A stretch of DNA of 20,000 nucleotides, taken from the IMG/VR virus record IMGVR_UViG_3300025102_000020; one strand, 5' to 3'. The position numbers were made by a program, and so were the translations under genes. Below are positions 8,582 through 17,069 of the stretch, in pieces. The DNA comes from an uncultured virus (IMG/VR IMGVR_UViG_3300025102_000020). Its lineage: Duplodnaviria > Heunggongvirae > Uroviricota > Caudoviricetes > Crassvirales. The notes beneath the pieces are model-generated. The model ran no database searches, was not told the origin of the DNA, and worked only from the letters and a program-made list of their open reading frames with translations. Within the stretch, counting starts at the first letter, position 1. The number at the start of each line of letters is the position of its first letter.

Positions 8582-8890
8582 TTAGAATGGTAAGTCAGCT
8601 TCTGGTTGAGGAGTTGGAGCTGGGGCTGCTGGAGCGCCATCTCTAGGAATAACATCTACGTTGTCTCCATTGGTCCACACTACCTTTACATTACCTAAAT
8701 AAGTCTTAGCTGCTTTAGCATCTCTTTCTTCTTTAGTTTGCTCTACAACTACTGGTCCTTGATTACCGAATTGATCAGCCTCATCATTGATAGTAATTGT
8801 GATTGGTAAATACTTACCTTTCTTACCCACGAAGATTTTATCTTTAGGGATTTTGTTTAAGTCTATACTTGCTTTAATTATACTTGCCAT
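8582..8890 (-). CDS. Single-stranded DNA-binding protein (putative)
   Basis: OB-fold-like beta pattern, Pro/Ala linker and acidic-aromatic tail EADLPF; adjacent to the helicase. Confidence 0.75.
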   Translation of the reverse strand: MASIIKASIDLNKIPKDKIFVGKKGKYLPITITINDEADQFGNQGPVVVEQTKEERDAKAAKTYLGNVKVVWTNGDNVDVIPRDGAPAAPAPTPQPEADLPF

Positions 8891-8892
8891 AT

Positions 8893-9084
8893 TTAACTAT
8901 TTATTAATGTTACTAAATTTCTAACTTGATCAACACTAGCTCCGGTTGTTCTTCTAAAGTTATCGAAGCTCTTATGGTATGGATGTAATCCATCATTAGA
9001 ATTTTCGTTAACATAGAAGTTATCGTTGTTAGCTTTGAATTTCTTGCCTGAAATACTACAGGTCTTCATTTTTGGTCTTCCCAT
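8893..9084 (-). CDS. Hypothetical small protein
   Basis: Likely start ATG 9084 (MGRPKMKTC); fills the operon gap. Confidence 0.6.
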   Translation of the reverse strand: MGRPKMKTCSISGKKFKANNDNFYVNENSNDGLHPYHKSFDNFRRTTGASVDQVRNLVTLINS

Positions 9085-9088
9085 TGGT

Positions 9089-9844
9089 TTATAAGGTTTT
9101 GTTAATAAAATATTGAGCCGGATCGAAGTCATCTGTCTTATAAAATAAGTCATATACTTCTATTGCTTTAATCACCTTGTCTTTCCCCGACTCGTAGAAT
9201 TTAGGTGAACAATCAAACATTCCTATTTGATGCGTCTTTTTGTCTATTGCTATAAATAGCATTTCATAACCGAATAACTGTTGGTATATATAAGCTTGGC
9301 TATCGTAATTAAACTTCTTAGCACTCCATTGAAACCTATCTATATCTCCAGTTGTTTTAAGGTCGATAACTAACTTTTCATCGTGATTGATAATATCAGC
9401 CTTACCTTTCCACATAACACCTTCGATTTCTTTAATCATTGGTTGTTCATACTCAACTGTTCCTTCGTGTCTTTCAAATACGTCAGAACCTAGTATAAGG
9501 TCTCTACATATATCATTAGCCATTATTTTTTCTGTCATAAGGTTTATATTATCTGCCTCTGACTGAAGCAAACACATCTCACCACCAGATATCTCTTTAT
9601 ACTGCTTAGTATTTCTACTAGTAGACTCAACGATCTTAAAACTTGCTAGTTTCTCAGGTTCTAATATTGCTGTATGAAAATATCCACCCATTAAAAAATT
9701 AGGGTTTGGCTTAGATGGTTTACCTAGTTGTAACGGGTTGTTTAGTAAGGTACTAATATCTGAGTTAGATAAGTACTGCTTACCAAACGTTCCGTAATAA
9801 TGTTCATCTATTTTAAGCTTTTGTAATATCTGCTTTTTGTCCAT
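9089..9844 (-). CDS. RecE/ExoVIII-like PD-(D/E)XK exonuclease (DUF3799-like)
   Basis: LSNS, GGYFHTAILEP, KGKADI, IDLKTT and YDSQAYIY; next to an ERF gene. Confidence 0.85.
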   Translation of the reverse strand: MDKKQILQKLKIDEHYYGTFGKQYLSNSDISTLLNNPLQLGKPSKPNPNFLMGGYFHTAILEPEKLASFKIVESTSRNTKQYKEISGGEMCLLQSEADNINLMTEKIMANDICRDLILGSDVFERHEGTVEYEQPMIKEIEGVMWKGKADIINHDEKLVIDLKTTGDIDRFQWSAKKFNYDSQAYIYQQLFGYEMLFIAIDKKTHQIGMFDCSPKFYESGKDKVIKAIEVYDLFYKTDDFDPAQYFINKTL

Positions 9845-10382
9845 TTAATTCTTTTTTATCTGCTGCGGTTAGTTTATATTTAGATTCTATAGCTTCAATT
9901 TTACCACCTGCCGCTATGTATTCTTTAGCTTTTGTTAGTTGAGCTGTTGTTATAGTTGGTTTAGCTTTAGCTTTAATCTTATCTACAACTCCGTGTTTGT
10001 TGCCTGCATCAGCATCTTCAGTGTCATCAATTAAGAATAAATTACCAAGAGCATATTTCTTACCGTATGTAGAGGCTGCTCCGAACTGCTGAGCGGTTTG
10101 CATACCTTTCTGGTTAAGATCTACACCTACAAGAGCTGTTGCGTGTATAGCGTCTGTACCGTTAGATATAGTAGCCGTTGACAATAGTGTTGGCACTGGA
10201 TCTGTTGCTACCATCTCTTCGCTTACGGTCACGTAAACTTTATGTTCTAATAAAAAAGGTTTTATCGCTTCTAATATATCTTCTGATTTTCTAAAGTAGT
10301 ATTTCCCAAAGGAATTATAACTACTTTTCTTAGCTTTCATCTTTGTTTGTATTGTGGCTAAGGATTTTGTTAGTTCTTTCAT
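9813..10382 (-). CDS. ERF-family single-strand annealing protein
   Basis: YNSFGKYYFRKSEDIL and QQFGAASTYGKKYALGNLFLIDDTEDAD, the ERF GxxxxYxxKY motif. Confidence 0.9.
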   Translation of the reverse strand: MKELTKSLATIQTKMKAKKSSYNSFGKYYFRKSEDILEAIKPFLLEHKVYVTVSEEMVATDPVPTLLSTATISNGTDAIHATALVGVDLNQKGMQTAQQFGAASTYGKKYALGNLFLIDDTEDADAGNKHGVVDKIKAKAKPTITTAQLTKAKEYIAAGGKIEAIESKYKLTAADKKELNGQKADITKA

Positions 10383-10453
10383 ATTATTATATTTTAGTCT
10401 ATATTATAATTACACATTAGTGTCTTACTTTTAATTTTATTTATCACTCTATC

Positions 10454-11209
10454 TTACACAAAGTCAAGCACTTGCGAGTGATCTACGTTCTCAATTAGCT
10501 TGTCTACAGCTTGTCTTTTTAGCTGTGAAATTCTAACGTAAGAACTACTACCTTCGATGCCTAAATATTCTGCGATTTGTGTAGCGGAATGTTTATCACA
10601 ATCAAGTCCGTAACTTAATCTTAGTACTTGATACTCTCTATCTGACAAGTGAGCTTGACACAAGCCTTTTAAATAGAGGTTTAGTAAATCTATATTATAT
10701 GGTTCAGATGTATCAGGTATTTGATATACCATATCTTCATCATTAGGGTTGGCGTCAATACTTAAGAATACTGAGTTGAAAAACATTTCAACCATCTTTT
10801 TATCTTTGCCAAAGTTTTTACGTATTTCGTTTATCTTATGCTCAGGTAATCTTATACTTCCTCTATTAGAGTCTATTTGTCTACGAATACTACCTTTGAT
10901 TCTTTTTGAAAAGAAAGATTTTAATGTCTTTTCCATATCTTCAGATTCTCCAAGTTTTTCATAATCTAGCTTTTTGACCGCCTGTACTAATCCTAAACTA
11001 CCAGATTGTATCATATCCATAATTGTCATCACTCCACTAGCTTGTTGGGATGTAGCGAACTTTCTAGCTATATTTTCTACTAATGGCAAAAACTTAATTG
11101 TAAGTTCTTCCCTAGTGTATTCATCCCACATTTTACCTTCTAATCTAGCTACAGCTTGCTTGACATCGTTCTTGTATCTTACATAATTCTGTATGTTATA
11201 TTTCTTCAT
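10454..11209 (-). CDS. Phage-encoded sigma-70 family factor
   Basis: Region 2 LPLVENIARKF...DMIQSGSLGLVQAVKK, then IRLPEH, and region 4 LSDREYQVLRLSYGL...IAEYLGI...RISQL. Confidence 0.92.
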   Translation of the reverse strand: MKKYNIQNYVRYKNDVKQAVARLEGKMWDEYTREELTIKFLPLVENIARKFATSQQASGVMTIMDMIQSGSLGLVQAVKKLDYEKLGESEDMEKTLKSFFSKRIKGSIRRQIDSNRGSIRLPEHKINEIRKNFGKDKKMVEMFFNSVFLSIDANPNDEDMVYQIPDTSEPYNIDLLNLYLKGLCQAHLSDREYQVLRLSYGLDCDKHSATQIAEYLGIEGSSSYVRISQLKRQAVDKLIENVDHSQVLDFV

Positions 11210-11565
11210 TTGTTTAATTTTTCGTTAATTCTTTCTTGTACTATCAATCTATCTATAAGTGTTGGTTTATAATCATTCATTAATTCTTCTGGAACATCAT
11301 TCCATGCACCTATATAATTCTGTACGTTAAACCCTCGTTTAATACATTCAACATATAGTTGAGAATATCTGAACTTAAGGTATAACAGCTTGTTATAGAA
11401 GAACTTAACATGACCGGCGCCTAGTTTAAATTTATCAGGTATACCATCCATGTTGTACTTACCTTTAGCAACACAATTTGGTATTCGCTTAATTTCTCTA
11501 TGTTCCGCCAGTAAATGTTGATTAGTTAATTCAGCTGGTTCTATTCCTACGTTTATTCTAGTCAT
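11206..11565 (-). CDS. denV: Pyrimidine dimer DNA glycosylase (T4 endonuclease V-like)
   Basis: MTRIN...LTNQHLLAEHREIKRI...GHVKFFYNKL...RGF closely follows DenV motifs. Confidence 0.93.
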   Translation of the reverse strand: MTRINVGIEPAELTNQHLLAEHREIKRIPNCVAKGKYNMDGIPDKFKLGAGHVKFFYNKLLYLKFRYSQLYVECIKRGFNVQNYIGAWNDVPEELMNDYKPTLIDRLIVQERINEKLNK

Positions 11566-12182
11566 AATTGTTGGTTTAATAATTTAATTTCTCTTCTTAA
11601 TGTTACATCTAAGTTTCTATGTATTGTTCTTGTTGAGCAGAAACATACCTCTGCTAATCTCCTGATTGTAATATCCACATCATTATCATGAATACTTAAC
11701 ATAGCATCGTAAACATCGTCTGGCGTTACTTTTTTAGTTCTACCTATTAACTCTCCTACAATACGTAGTTTTTCTTCAACGCATAAACCTGAGTTCATTT
11801 TGAATATAACTTTACGTGATTTGTTTTTAGGTGGTTCATCAAGGTCTAACATACTAATTTCATACACCATCTTTCTTAACAAGTCTTCATGTATCGTAAA
11901 TGTAGTAAATCCTTGTTGTTTGTTAGCGATGACTTCTGCTATCTCTACCAATTGATCTTGGTCTAATTGAGGGTTAAGATACCATATAACTAATAAATGC
12001 CACTTAAGAGATTTATATGTAGTTATCTTAGCTTTACTATTGAATAGATGGTAACATTCATACGTTCCATTTTCAAAGAAAAGATAACACTCATTCTCTT
12101 GAGTGGGTTTATCAGTTATAGGATCTCTCCTATAAACGATACGTTTATTATCTAGGTATCTGGTATTTCGATTATGTGACAT
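11562..12182 (-). CDS. DNA-binding protein with C-terminal helix-turn-helix
   Basis: ITIRRLAEVCFCSTRTIHRNL is HTH-like. Confidence 0.6.
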   Translation of the reverse strand: MSHNRNTRYLDNKRIVYRRDPITDKPTQENECYLFFENGTYECYHLFNSKAKITTYKSLKWHLLVIWYLNPQLDQDQLVEIAEVIANKQQGFTTFTIHEDLLRKMVYEISMLDLDEPPKNKSRKVIFKMNSGLCVEEKLRIVGELIGRTKKVTPDDVYDAMLSIHDNDVDITIRRLAEVCFCSTRTIHRNLDVTLRREIKLLNQQL

Positions 12183-12189
12183 TAGCCTA

Positions 12190-12327
12190 TTACTCTATAT
12201 TCTTAAGGGCTGTTGTCACAGTCCCCTGGGGTTTTAAAGTACCGAATATAATCCTAGTTTCATTCTTATCGTTACCATATTTAATATCATTAAATTGTTT
12301 TATTCTTAATCTTAATTTTTCATCCAT
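12190..12327 (-). CDS. Small hypothetical protein (45 aa, not in ORF track)
   Basis: Manual translation gives MDEKLRLRIKQFNDIKYG...KNIE; fills the gap. Confidence 0.5.
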   Translation of the reverse strand: MDEKLRLRIKQFNDIKYGNDKNETRIIFGTLKPQGTVTTALKNIE

Positions 12328-12330
12328 ATT

Positions 12331-12495
12331 CTAAAATTTTAATAGCTTTAAATATCTGTTATACTTCTTAAATAACTCTACCTTTATAGGGCTAAGTTGG
12401 CTGTGTATAGCATTTTGAAATATCTCTTGTCTTAACTTATATACGTGGTGCTCAACTGTATTCATATGTAATCTTTTTCTAAATATCTTATTCAT
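12331..12495 (-). CDS. Small hypothetical protein
   Basis: The likely start is MNKIFRK, overlapping the ligase end. Confidence 0.55.
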   Translation of the reverse strand: MNKIFRKRLHMNTVEHHVYKLRQEIFQNAIHSQLSPIKVELFKKYNRYLKLLKF

Positions 12496-13351
12496 AATTG
12501 CGTATACATTTAAATAAAGGGTGACGATAGCTATTAGCTTTAGTTCTTTCAAAGAAAGTAAACGTAGCTCGTTGACCTATGTAATCATGTATATTATCAA
12601 GCATATCTTTCATATCTTTGTAATTATAACCTTTACCAGGTGGACAACCAAACTCTATACCATCATCATCTCTCATAAGAAACTTACCAAGAGTACCCGT
12701 ACGCTTACCTTTACCATCAACATAACCGATAATAGTAGCTTCGGCATCGGAAAAGTCTTTAAACTTACGTAACGACCATGATCTACCGCACTTGTATATA
12801 TCGTTAGTACGTAATATAGAGCCTTCGTAACCAGCACCTAAATTTTCTTGGTGGTATAATTTAGCTCTTTCTTCAGAATCAACGCTAAATGCTGGTAAAA
12901 ATCTAACACAATAGGAATCTCTTAAATTACTTATTAAAAATAAGGCTCTATCATGATAAGTCATGTGTTCCATTATTGTATCGTAACAATGAAATTGTAC
13001 GTTATCAACTGATTTAAGTCTATCCTCAGTTGTTGGTTTTGTTTTTCTGACCATAGATATAATAGACTCGAAATCGTCTTTAAAATCGTGATTATATAAC
13101 TCACCATCTAACACAACATTAGGATGTTTTGCAAAGAAAGGTTTTAACTCTTCTAATATATGGTCTATATTTTTCCATTCTTTACCTGTGCGTGAGTATG
13201 CTTTTACTTTGAAAGGCGTTTTTACATCTGTAAATTCAGCTTGTATTAAACACCTAACACCATCTAATTTTGGTTGTATAAATGTTGGTTTATTGTAGTC
13301 TATTGGTTTGTCGCTAACAGGATATGCTAACATTGGTTTTTTTCTCATCAT
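12488..13351 (-). CDS. lig: ATP-dependent DNA ligase
   Basis: Motif I QPKLDGVR, LDGELY, YEGSILR, KFKDFSDAE and a terminal RHPLF. Confidence 0.93.
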   Translation of the reverse strand: MMRKKPMLAYPVSDKPIDYNKPTFIQPKLDGVRCLIQAEFTDVKTPFKVKAYSRTGKEWKNIDHILEELKPFFAKHPNVVLDGELYNHDFKDDFESIISMVRKTKPTTEDRLKSVDNVQFHCYDTIMEHMTYHDRALFLISNLRDSYCVRFLPAFSVDSEERAKLYHQENLGAGYEGSILRTNDIYKCGRSWSLRKFKDFSDAEATIIGYVDGKGKRTGTLGKFLMRDDDGIEFGCPPGKGYNYKDMKDMLDNIHDYIGQRATFTFFERTKANSYRHPLFKCIRNYE

Positions 13352-13644
13352 AATTTATCTATTTTATCATTTATTATATCTATTTCTTTTTTAATCTCAG
13401 CACATTCTTCATATTCTTCTTTTTCTTGATGATAGTTTAACTGAGTCATCAATTTAGCTAATTGACCTAATAATTCAGACTCTGTGTCTGCTTTTTTAGT
13501 CTTTTTTCTAGGTTTTTGTTTGAATGTGTTGTATATATCATCCATACTAGACGTAGTATACCACGTCGCCTGCTCTCTTATATAAGTTGTTAACAGTTTA
13601 TCAACAATTATATCTGCTAATTTGTTCATTTCTTTATCTGTCAT
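13348..13644 (-). CDS. Hypothetical protein with UVR-like C-terminal coiled coil
   Basis: EKEEYEECAEIKKEI resembles the UvrB/UvrC motif. Confidence 0.55.
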   Translation of the reverse strand: MTDKEMNKLADIIVDKLLTTYIREQATWYTTSSMDDIYNTFKQKPRKKTKKADTESELLGQLAKLMTQLNYHQEKEEYEECAEIKKEIDIINDKIDKL

Positions 13645-13981
13645 ATTTGTCTATTAATTTTTGTGGTTCTCCCACGAATATACATTTTTCTTTTTCATCA
13701 TTAAAAGTATTTGTTTTAAATATACTTATCCAAGTACTTTTGTCGTAATCTGACCATATATAATATATATAATCTAGATCACTGTGAATATCTTGCACGT
13801 GTTCTATTTCCCAACCACTTAATTTATGGTAATAAGCAAGTGATTGTGCAAGTTCTACACCTAATCCTTCTGGATATCCATCACTATGCACATAAAACTG
13901 TGCGTGTATTTTATCTGGGTGTTCACTAAACGATACTCCATCTTCTCGTGTAGCGAATCTAACTTGCGCTCTAGTCGACAT
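13634..13981 (-). CDS. Conserved phage hypothetical protein (YxHxDGYP motif)
   Basis: The likely start is MSTRA; FYVHSDGYPEGLG and DYIYYI. Confidence 0.65.
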   Translation of the reverse strand: MSTRAQVRFATREDGVSFSEHPDKIHAQFYVHSDGYPEGLGVELAQSLAYYHKLSGWEIEHVQDIHSDLDYIYYIWSDYDKSTWISIFKTNTFNDEKEKCIFVGEPQKLIDKYDR

Positions 13982-14237
13982 AAAATTGTATTTCTTCATA
14001 ATAAGCATTTTGCATACCTTCTATTAAATCTCTACCACTATGAGTATGAAACCCATAACTATGAGTATGTAACGCACTTATTGGTTTGTCTTCTAATAAC
14101 AACTGCATTAAAGCAAACGAATCATAGTCTACTTTGTGTGAAACATAGTTTATAGCTTCCGCTAAAGCCTCACAATTATGTCTTGGTTCACTCTCAAGAT
14201 CTTCTCTTATATATTTTTCTATTTGTTCTCCTGTCAT
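13971..14237 (-). CDS. Hypothetical protein
   Basis: 88-aa ORF with an ATGA overlap to the upstream gene. Confidence 0.65.
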   Translation of the reverse strand: MTGEQIEKYIREDLESEPRHNCEALAEAINYVSHKVDYDSFALMQLLLEDKPISALHTHSYGFHTHSGRDLIEGMQNAYYEEIQFYVD

Positions 14238-14683
14238 TTCTTTATGTTTTTATAGATATACTCTAATGTTGATGGCCAATCGAGACATCTTTGGTTGTGT
14301 CCAAACCATATCCATTTACCTTGGAAATCAGGTTGTCCTCTCCATCTACTATCATCGATCAATACATCACCTATTAGTAAGTCTTTTCTATGTGTTAGTA
14401 TTAATTTTCTTTTAAGGTATGGAAAGTGTTGTTCAATCCATCTTCTCTTCGCCGCCCACATATCAGGTCTAGACCAAGGTGGTGTTGACGCTATAAATAT
14501 ATCAAAGTCTTCATTTAACTTGATAAGAGCGTCTTTTGCACCTGGTATTGCTTGTAATTTACCATAATCTACGTGGAGGTCGGGTCTGTGTATAGCACAA
14601 CCACGTTCCTCTTCTAGGATTTTATGTTCTCTACTGAAATCAGAGATCACTCCATCCATATCTATATACATTACTTTCTTCAT
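14234..14683 (-). CDS. 5'(3')-deoxyribonucleotidase (HAD, NT5C family)
   Basis: IDMDGVISDF, K..W...HFP and KDLLIGDVLIDD. Confidence 0.9.
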   Translation of the reverse strand: MKKVMYIDMDGVISDFSREHKILEEERGCAIHRPDLHVDYGKLQAIPGAKDALIKLNEDFDIFIASTPPWSRPDMWAAKRRWIEQHFPYLKRKLILTHRKDLLIGDVLIDDSRWRGQPDFQGKWIWFGHNQRCLDWPSTLEYIYKNIKK

Positions 14684-14685
14684 AT

Positions 14686-14946
14686 CTAATCTAATAATAC
14701 CATATACGCTTTCGCATTATTTACTTTGAACCAATCTAATCCTCTAGATAGAGTATTAATAATATCTTTATTATTTACACCCATCTCAGAAACTATACAA
14801 GCTCCCATAACTAGATCGTACATAGATAGTTCTATATTATTTAGTTCATATTCTTCTCCTGTGAACCTGTTTGCTACAGTTCCACCTTCTTCATAAACAG
14901 TTCCATCGAACCATTTAGGTAGTGTTTGTTCTTTTGTTTTACTCAT
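14686..14946 (-). CDS. Hypothetical protein
   Basis: The likely start is MSKTKEQ at 14946. Confidence 0.65.
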   Translation of the reverse strand: MSKTKEQTLPKWFDGTVYEEGGTVANRFTGEEYELNNIELSMYDLVMGACIVSEMGVNNKDIINTLSRGLDWFKVNNAKAYMVLLD

Positions 14947-14948
14947 AA

Positions 14949-15053
14949 TTATTTTTCTGCTGTTAATATTTCGACACACTCTGCCCACGTCATTTCTTCT
15001 ATTTGTTCTTCAGTATAGATACCGAGTTCTTTTACCATTTCCCAAGGACTCAT
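14949..15053 (-). CDS. Small acidic protein (34 aa, not in ORF track)
   Basis: Manual translation gives MSPWEMVKELGIYTEEQIEEMTWAECVEILTAEK; 1-2 nt spacing to neighbours. Confidence 0.55.
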   Translation of the reverse strand: MSPWEMVKELGIYTEEQIEEMTWAECVEILTAEK

Positions 15054-15054
15054 A

Positions 15055-15276
15055 TTATTTATTTCTATATTGATTACTATTTCTTAATGCTTTTTGAGTT
15101 GTAAGATTATCTATCTTATCTTGTACTACTTTAATCATTTGTAACCAGTATTCTCTAGTTATGATAGGTCTTTGGCCCATTAGTTTCGCCTCGTCTTGGC
15201 TCTTGTGCATTTCTGCTACAAAGTTATCGACCATCTCGTCTAATATAACTCTGTCTTGAATGTCAAATTTTTTCAT
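15055..15276 (-). CDS. Hypothetical protein
   Basis: 73-aa ORF with an A-rich leader. Confidence 0.65.
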   Translation of the reverse strand: MKKFDIQDRVILDEMVDNFVAEMHKSQDEAKLMGQRPIITREYWLQMIKVVQDKIDNLTTQKALRNSNQYRNK

Positions 15277-15297
15277 TTATTTAATTTTATTTGTTAG

Positions 15298-15509
15298 TGC
15301 CCAAGGGTGGATTCGAACCACCTATTTTCCTAGTACTACTACCGAGTTTCGGTTATTGAGGTCCACTAAAACGCTTTATCCCTCTACCGAGTTTCGGTTT
15401 GTAGCGACAAGGCTCTATTTTTGTTCAGTACTTACCGAGTCTCATCTCAACAACTCGCCAGCGTACTTCCCACATTACCATAGATTTACTGTTCACCTTG
15501 TACTTGGGC
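15298..15509 (-). ncRNA. tRNA-like structured RNA (acceptor stem + T-arm) with ~180-nt insert
   Basis: 5' GCCCAAG pairs perfectly with 3' CTTGGGC-A; T-arm GGTGG-TTCGAAT-CCACC; GC-richer than flanks; occupies an intergenic gap. Confidence 0.75.
15339..15440 (-). repeat. Hairpin direct repeats AACCGAAACTCGGTAG (2 exact + 1 partial)
   Basis: Identical 16-mers at 15339-15354 and 15384-15399, and a partial ACTCGGTA at 15433-15440. Confidence 0.85.
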
Positions 15510-15524
15510 TGTTATTAAAACACT

Positions 15525-15878
15525 CTATTGAGCGGAATTTTCTTCTGTATCATCTATTATCTTAAACTTATTTTCTATTAAACGTATGATAGGTTCTCTT
15601 ACATAATCACAACTATTAAATTCTATACTATTAGTAGTAATTCTATTATCATAATCTATATCGTATTCAAAGTCATAATTTTCTGTATCATTGAAGTCAA
15701 ACTCTTCTATACCTTCGGTAACACAGTCGTATATAATGTCCAGTGTAGACTGATTTAACTTTGGTTTATTAACATTGTTTAACTCTATAGTTTTAACATT
15801 TAACTCTGTTTGTAACAACTCTAATTTGTCTTGTAAGCCTTTTACTGTAGCTTCTAACAGTTCTTTTGATTCACTCAT
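15525..15878 (-). CDS. Hypothetical acidic protein with N-terminal coiled coil
   Basis: 117-aa ORF. Confidence 0.7.
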   Translation of the reverse strand: MSESKELLEATVKGLQDKLELLQTELNVKTIELNNVNKPKLNQSTLDIIYDCVTEGIEEFDFNDTENYDFEYDIDYDNRITTNSIEFNSCDYVREPIIRLIENKFKIIDDTEENSAQ

Positions 15879-16117
15879 ATTATTATTATTTTATATTTTC
15901 CTGATTTGTATTCTTCTCTAGTTTCAAGATACTCCATTGGAAACTCTTGATGAGTTTTGAATGAAGTATATCCACCTGGCCCATCACTTAGTATTTCTAT
16001 CGTACCATATCCTGGCCAGTGAGGATTATTATCTATATCTAGTATTATTTCTTTTCTTTCTTTAACGTTAGATCTATCTAAGTTAAACCATAATTGTTTT
16101 AGTTCTTGTCTATTCAT
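15875..16117 (-). CDS. Hypothetical protein
   Basis: The likely start is MNRQELK at 16117; ATGA overlap downstream. Confidence 0.6.
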   Translation of the reverse strand: MNRQELKQLWFNLDRSNVKERKEIILDIDNNPHWPGYGTIEILSDGPGGYTSFKTHQEFPMEYLETREEYKSGKYKIIII

Positions 16118-16271
16118 ACCATATTCCTCTCGCTGTTGTTTCACCAACTATATTACCACTACTATTTCTCATAAGAGCTTTTCCTTTAACGCTCTTGACA
16201 ATACACTGTCCCTTTAATAGGCTTTTGTCTTGGTACTTAGGGTTCTTACTGTTTAGTTTTCTTTTTTTCAT
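16110..16271 (-). CDS. Small basic protein (53 aa, not in ORF track)
   Basis: Manual translation gives MKKRKLNSKNPKYQDKS...ARGIWYE. Confidence 0.5.
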   Translation of the reverse strand: MKKRKLNSKNPKYQDKSLLKGQCIVKSVKGKALMRNSSGNIVGETTARGIWYE

Positions 16272-16398
16272 CTAAATTCTTTATTAAATTTTTTCTATTT
16301 ATATTACTTCTTATATGACACTTTATTTGTGACGATATATACATTCCCATAGCTATTCCTACGCCGAATATAGTTATTATTCCTATTGTTTCTTCCAT
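16246..16398 (-). CDS. Small single-pass membrane protein (50 aa, not in ORF track)
   Basis: MEETIGIITIFGVGIAMGMYISSQIK...: a hydrophobic N-terminal helix followed by a basic tail. Confidence 0.55.
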   Translation of the reverse strand: MEETIGIITIFGVGIAMGMYISSQIKCHIRSNINRKNLIKNLDEKKKTKQ

Positions 16399-16399
16399 G

Positions 16400-17068
16400 T
16401 TATTTTACTTTATATCTATGTCCATCTATTATTATATCTACTGAATTTGGTTTATCTTCTTTCCATTTATTCCAATAAGCGTGTTGCTCGTGAACAAATA
16501 CATCACCATTTTCTAAATTAGTTATTTGACCACCTGAATATTCAAAGTTAATCATGTCGTCAGTATCTTTACATTTAAGAAAATCACCAAGTTCGTATTC
16601 GTATTTAGTTACTTTCTCCATTGTTTCTAAATCATGTTCATACTTCCATTTAGATATATATTTACCGTCTTCAACTTGATTCGCTTGTTTAATATAATAG
16701 TTTTTGAGACAATAGAGTACTAAGTATCTTAATCTAGCTACTTCACCTCGTATAATTATACGTCTTTTACCTTCAAATTTATTGTATTTACCTGTCCAAT
16801 ACTGTTCGTCACGTGTATCACACCACTTGTAGTCTTTGAAATACTCTACACTTGGTTCACACTTATTTAGTTGATAAGGTGTATAACCACCGTTCATTCT
16901 TCTTACATAACCTGACTGAAACGAACCTACCTCTATATACTTACCATACATTTTGATAGGTAATCTATATATTATAGTACCGTTTTTCTGTTGTTTTTTA
17001 GTTGAAATATCTTTCCAACCTAGTAAATCGATAGTATCGATCACTTGTTTTTCACTTTCTAATTTCAT
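16400..17068 (-). CDS. Hypothetical protein
   Basis: 222-aa ORF, no motif recognised. Confidence 0.75.
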   Translation of the reverse strand: MKLESEKQVIDTIDLLGWKDISTKKQQKNGTIIYRLPIKMYGKYIEVGSFQSGYVRRMNGGYTPYQLNKCEPSVEYFKDYKWCDTRDEQYWTGKYNKFEGKRRIIIRGEVARLRYLVLYCLKNYYIKQANQVEDGKYISKWKYEHDLETMEKVTKYEYELGDFLKCKDTDDMINFEYSGGQITNLENGDVFVHEQHAYWNKWKEDKPNSVDIIIDGHRYKVK

Positions 17069-17069
17069 A

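Noticed and set aside
15020..15028. Extra AACTCGGTA match to the ncRNA repeat
   Set aside because: It is only 9 nt, lies inside a coding sequence and lacks the hairpin's other arm; likely chance.
15339..15440. CRISPR array
   Set aside because: The repeat is only 16 nt with two exact copies and there are no cas genes; kept as a repeat finding instead.
15298..15509. Canonical tRNA, tmRNA or group I intron-containing tRNA
   Set aside because: There is no D or anticodon arm, no G3:U70 pair, and it is short for tmRNA. I could not identify group I core elements or flanking anticodon-stem halves by eye.
15260..15565. 101-aa plus-strand ORF
   Set aside because: It is antisense to the whole arm and overlaps the structured RNA; its repeated TEFR peptide just reflects the nucleotide repeat.
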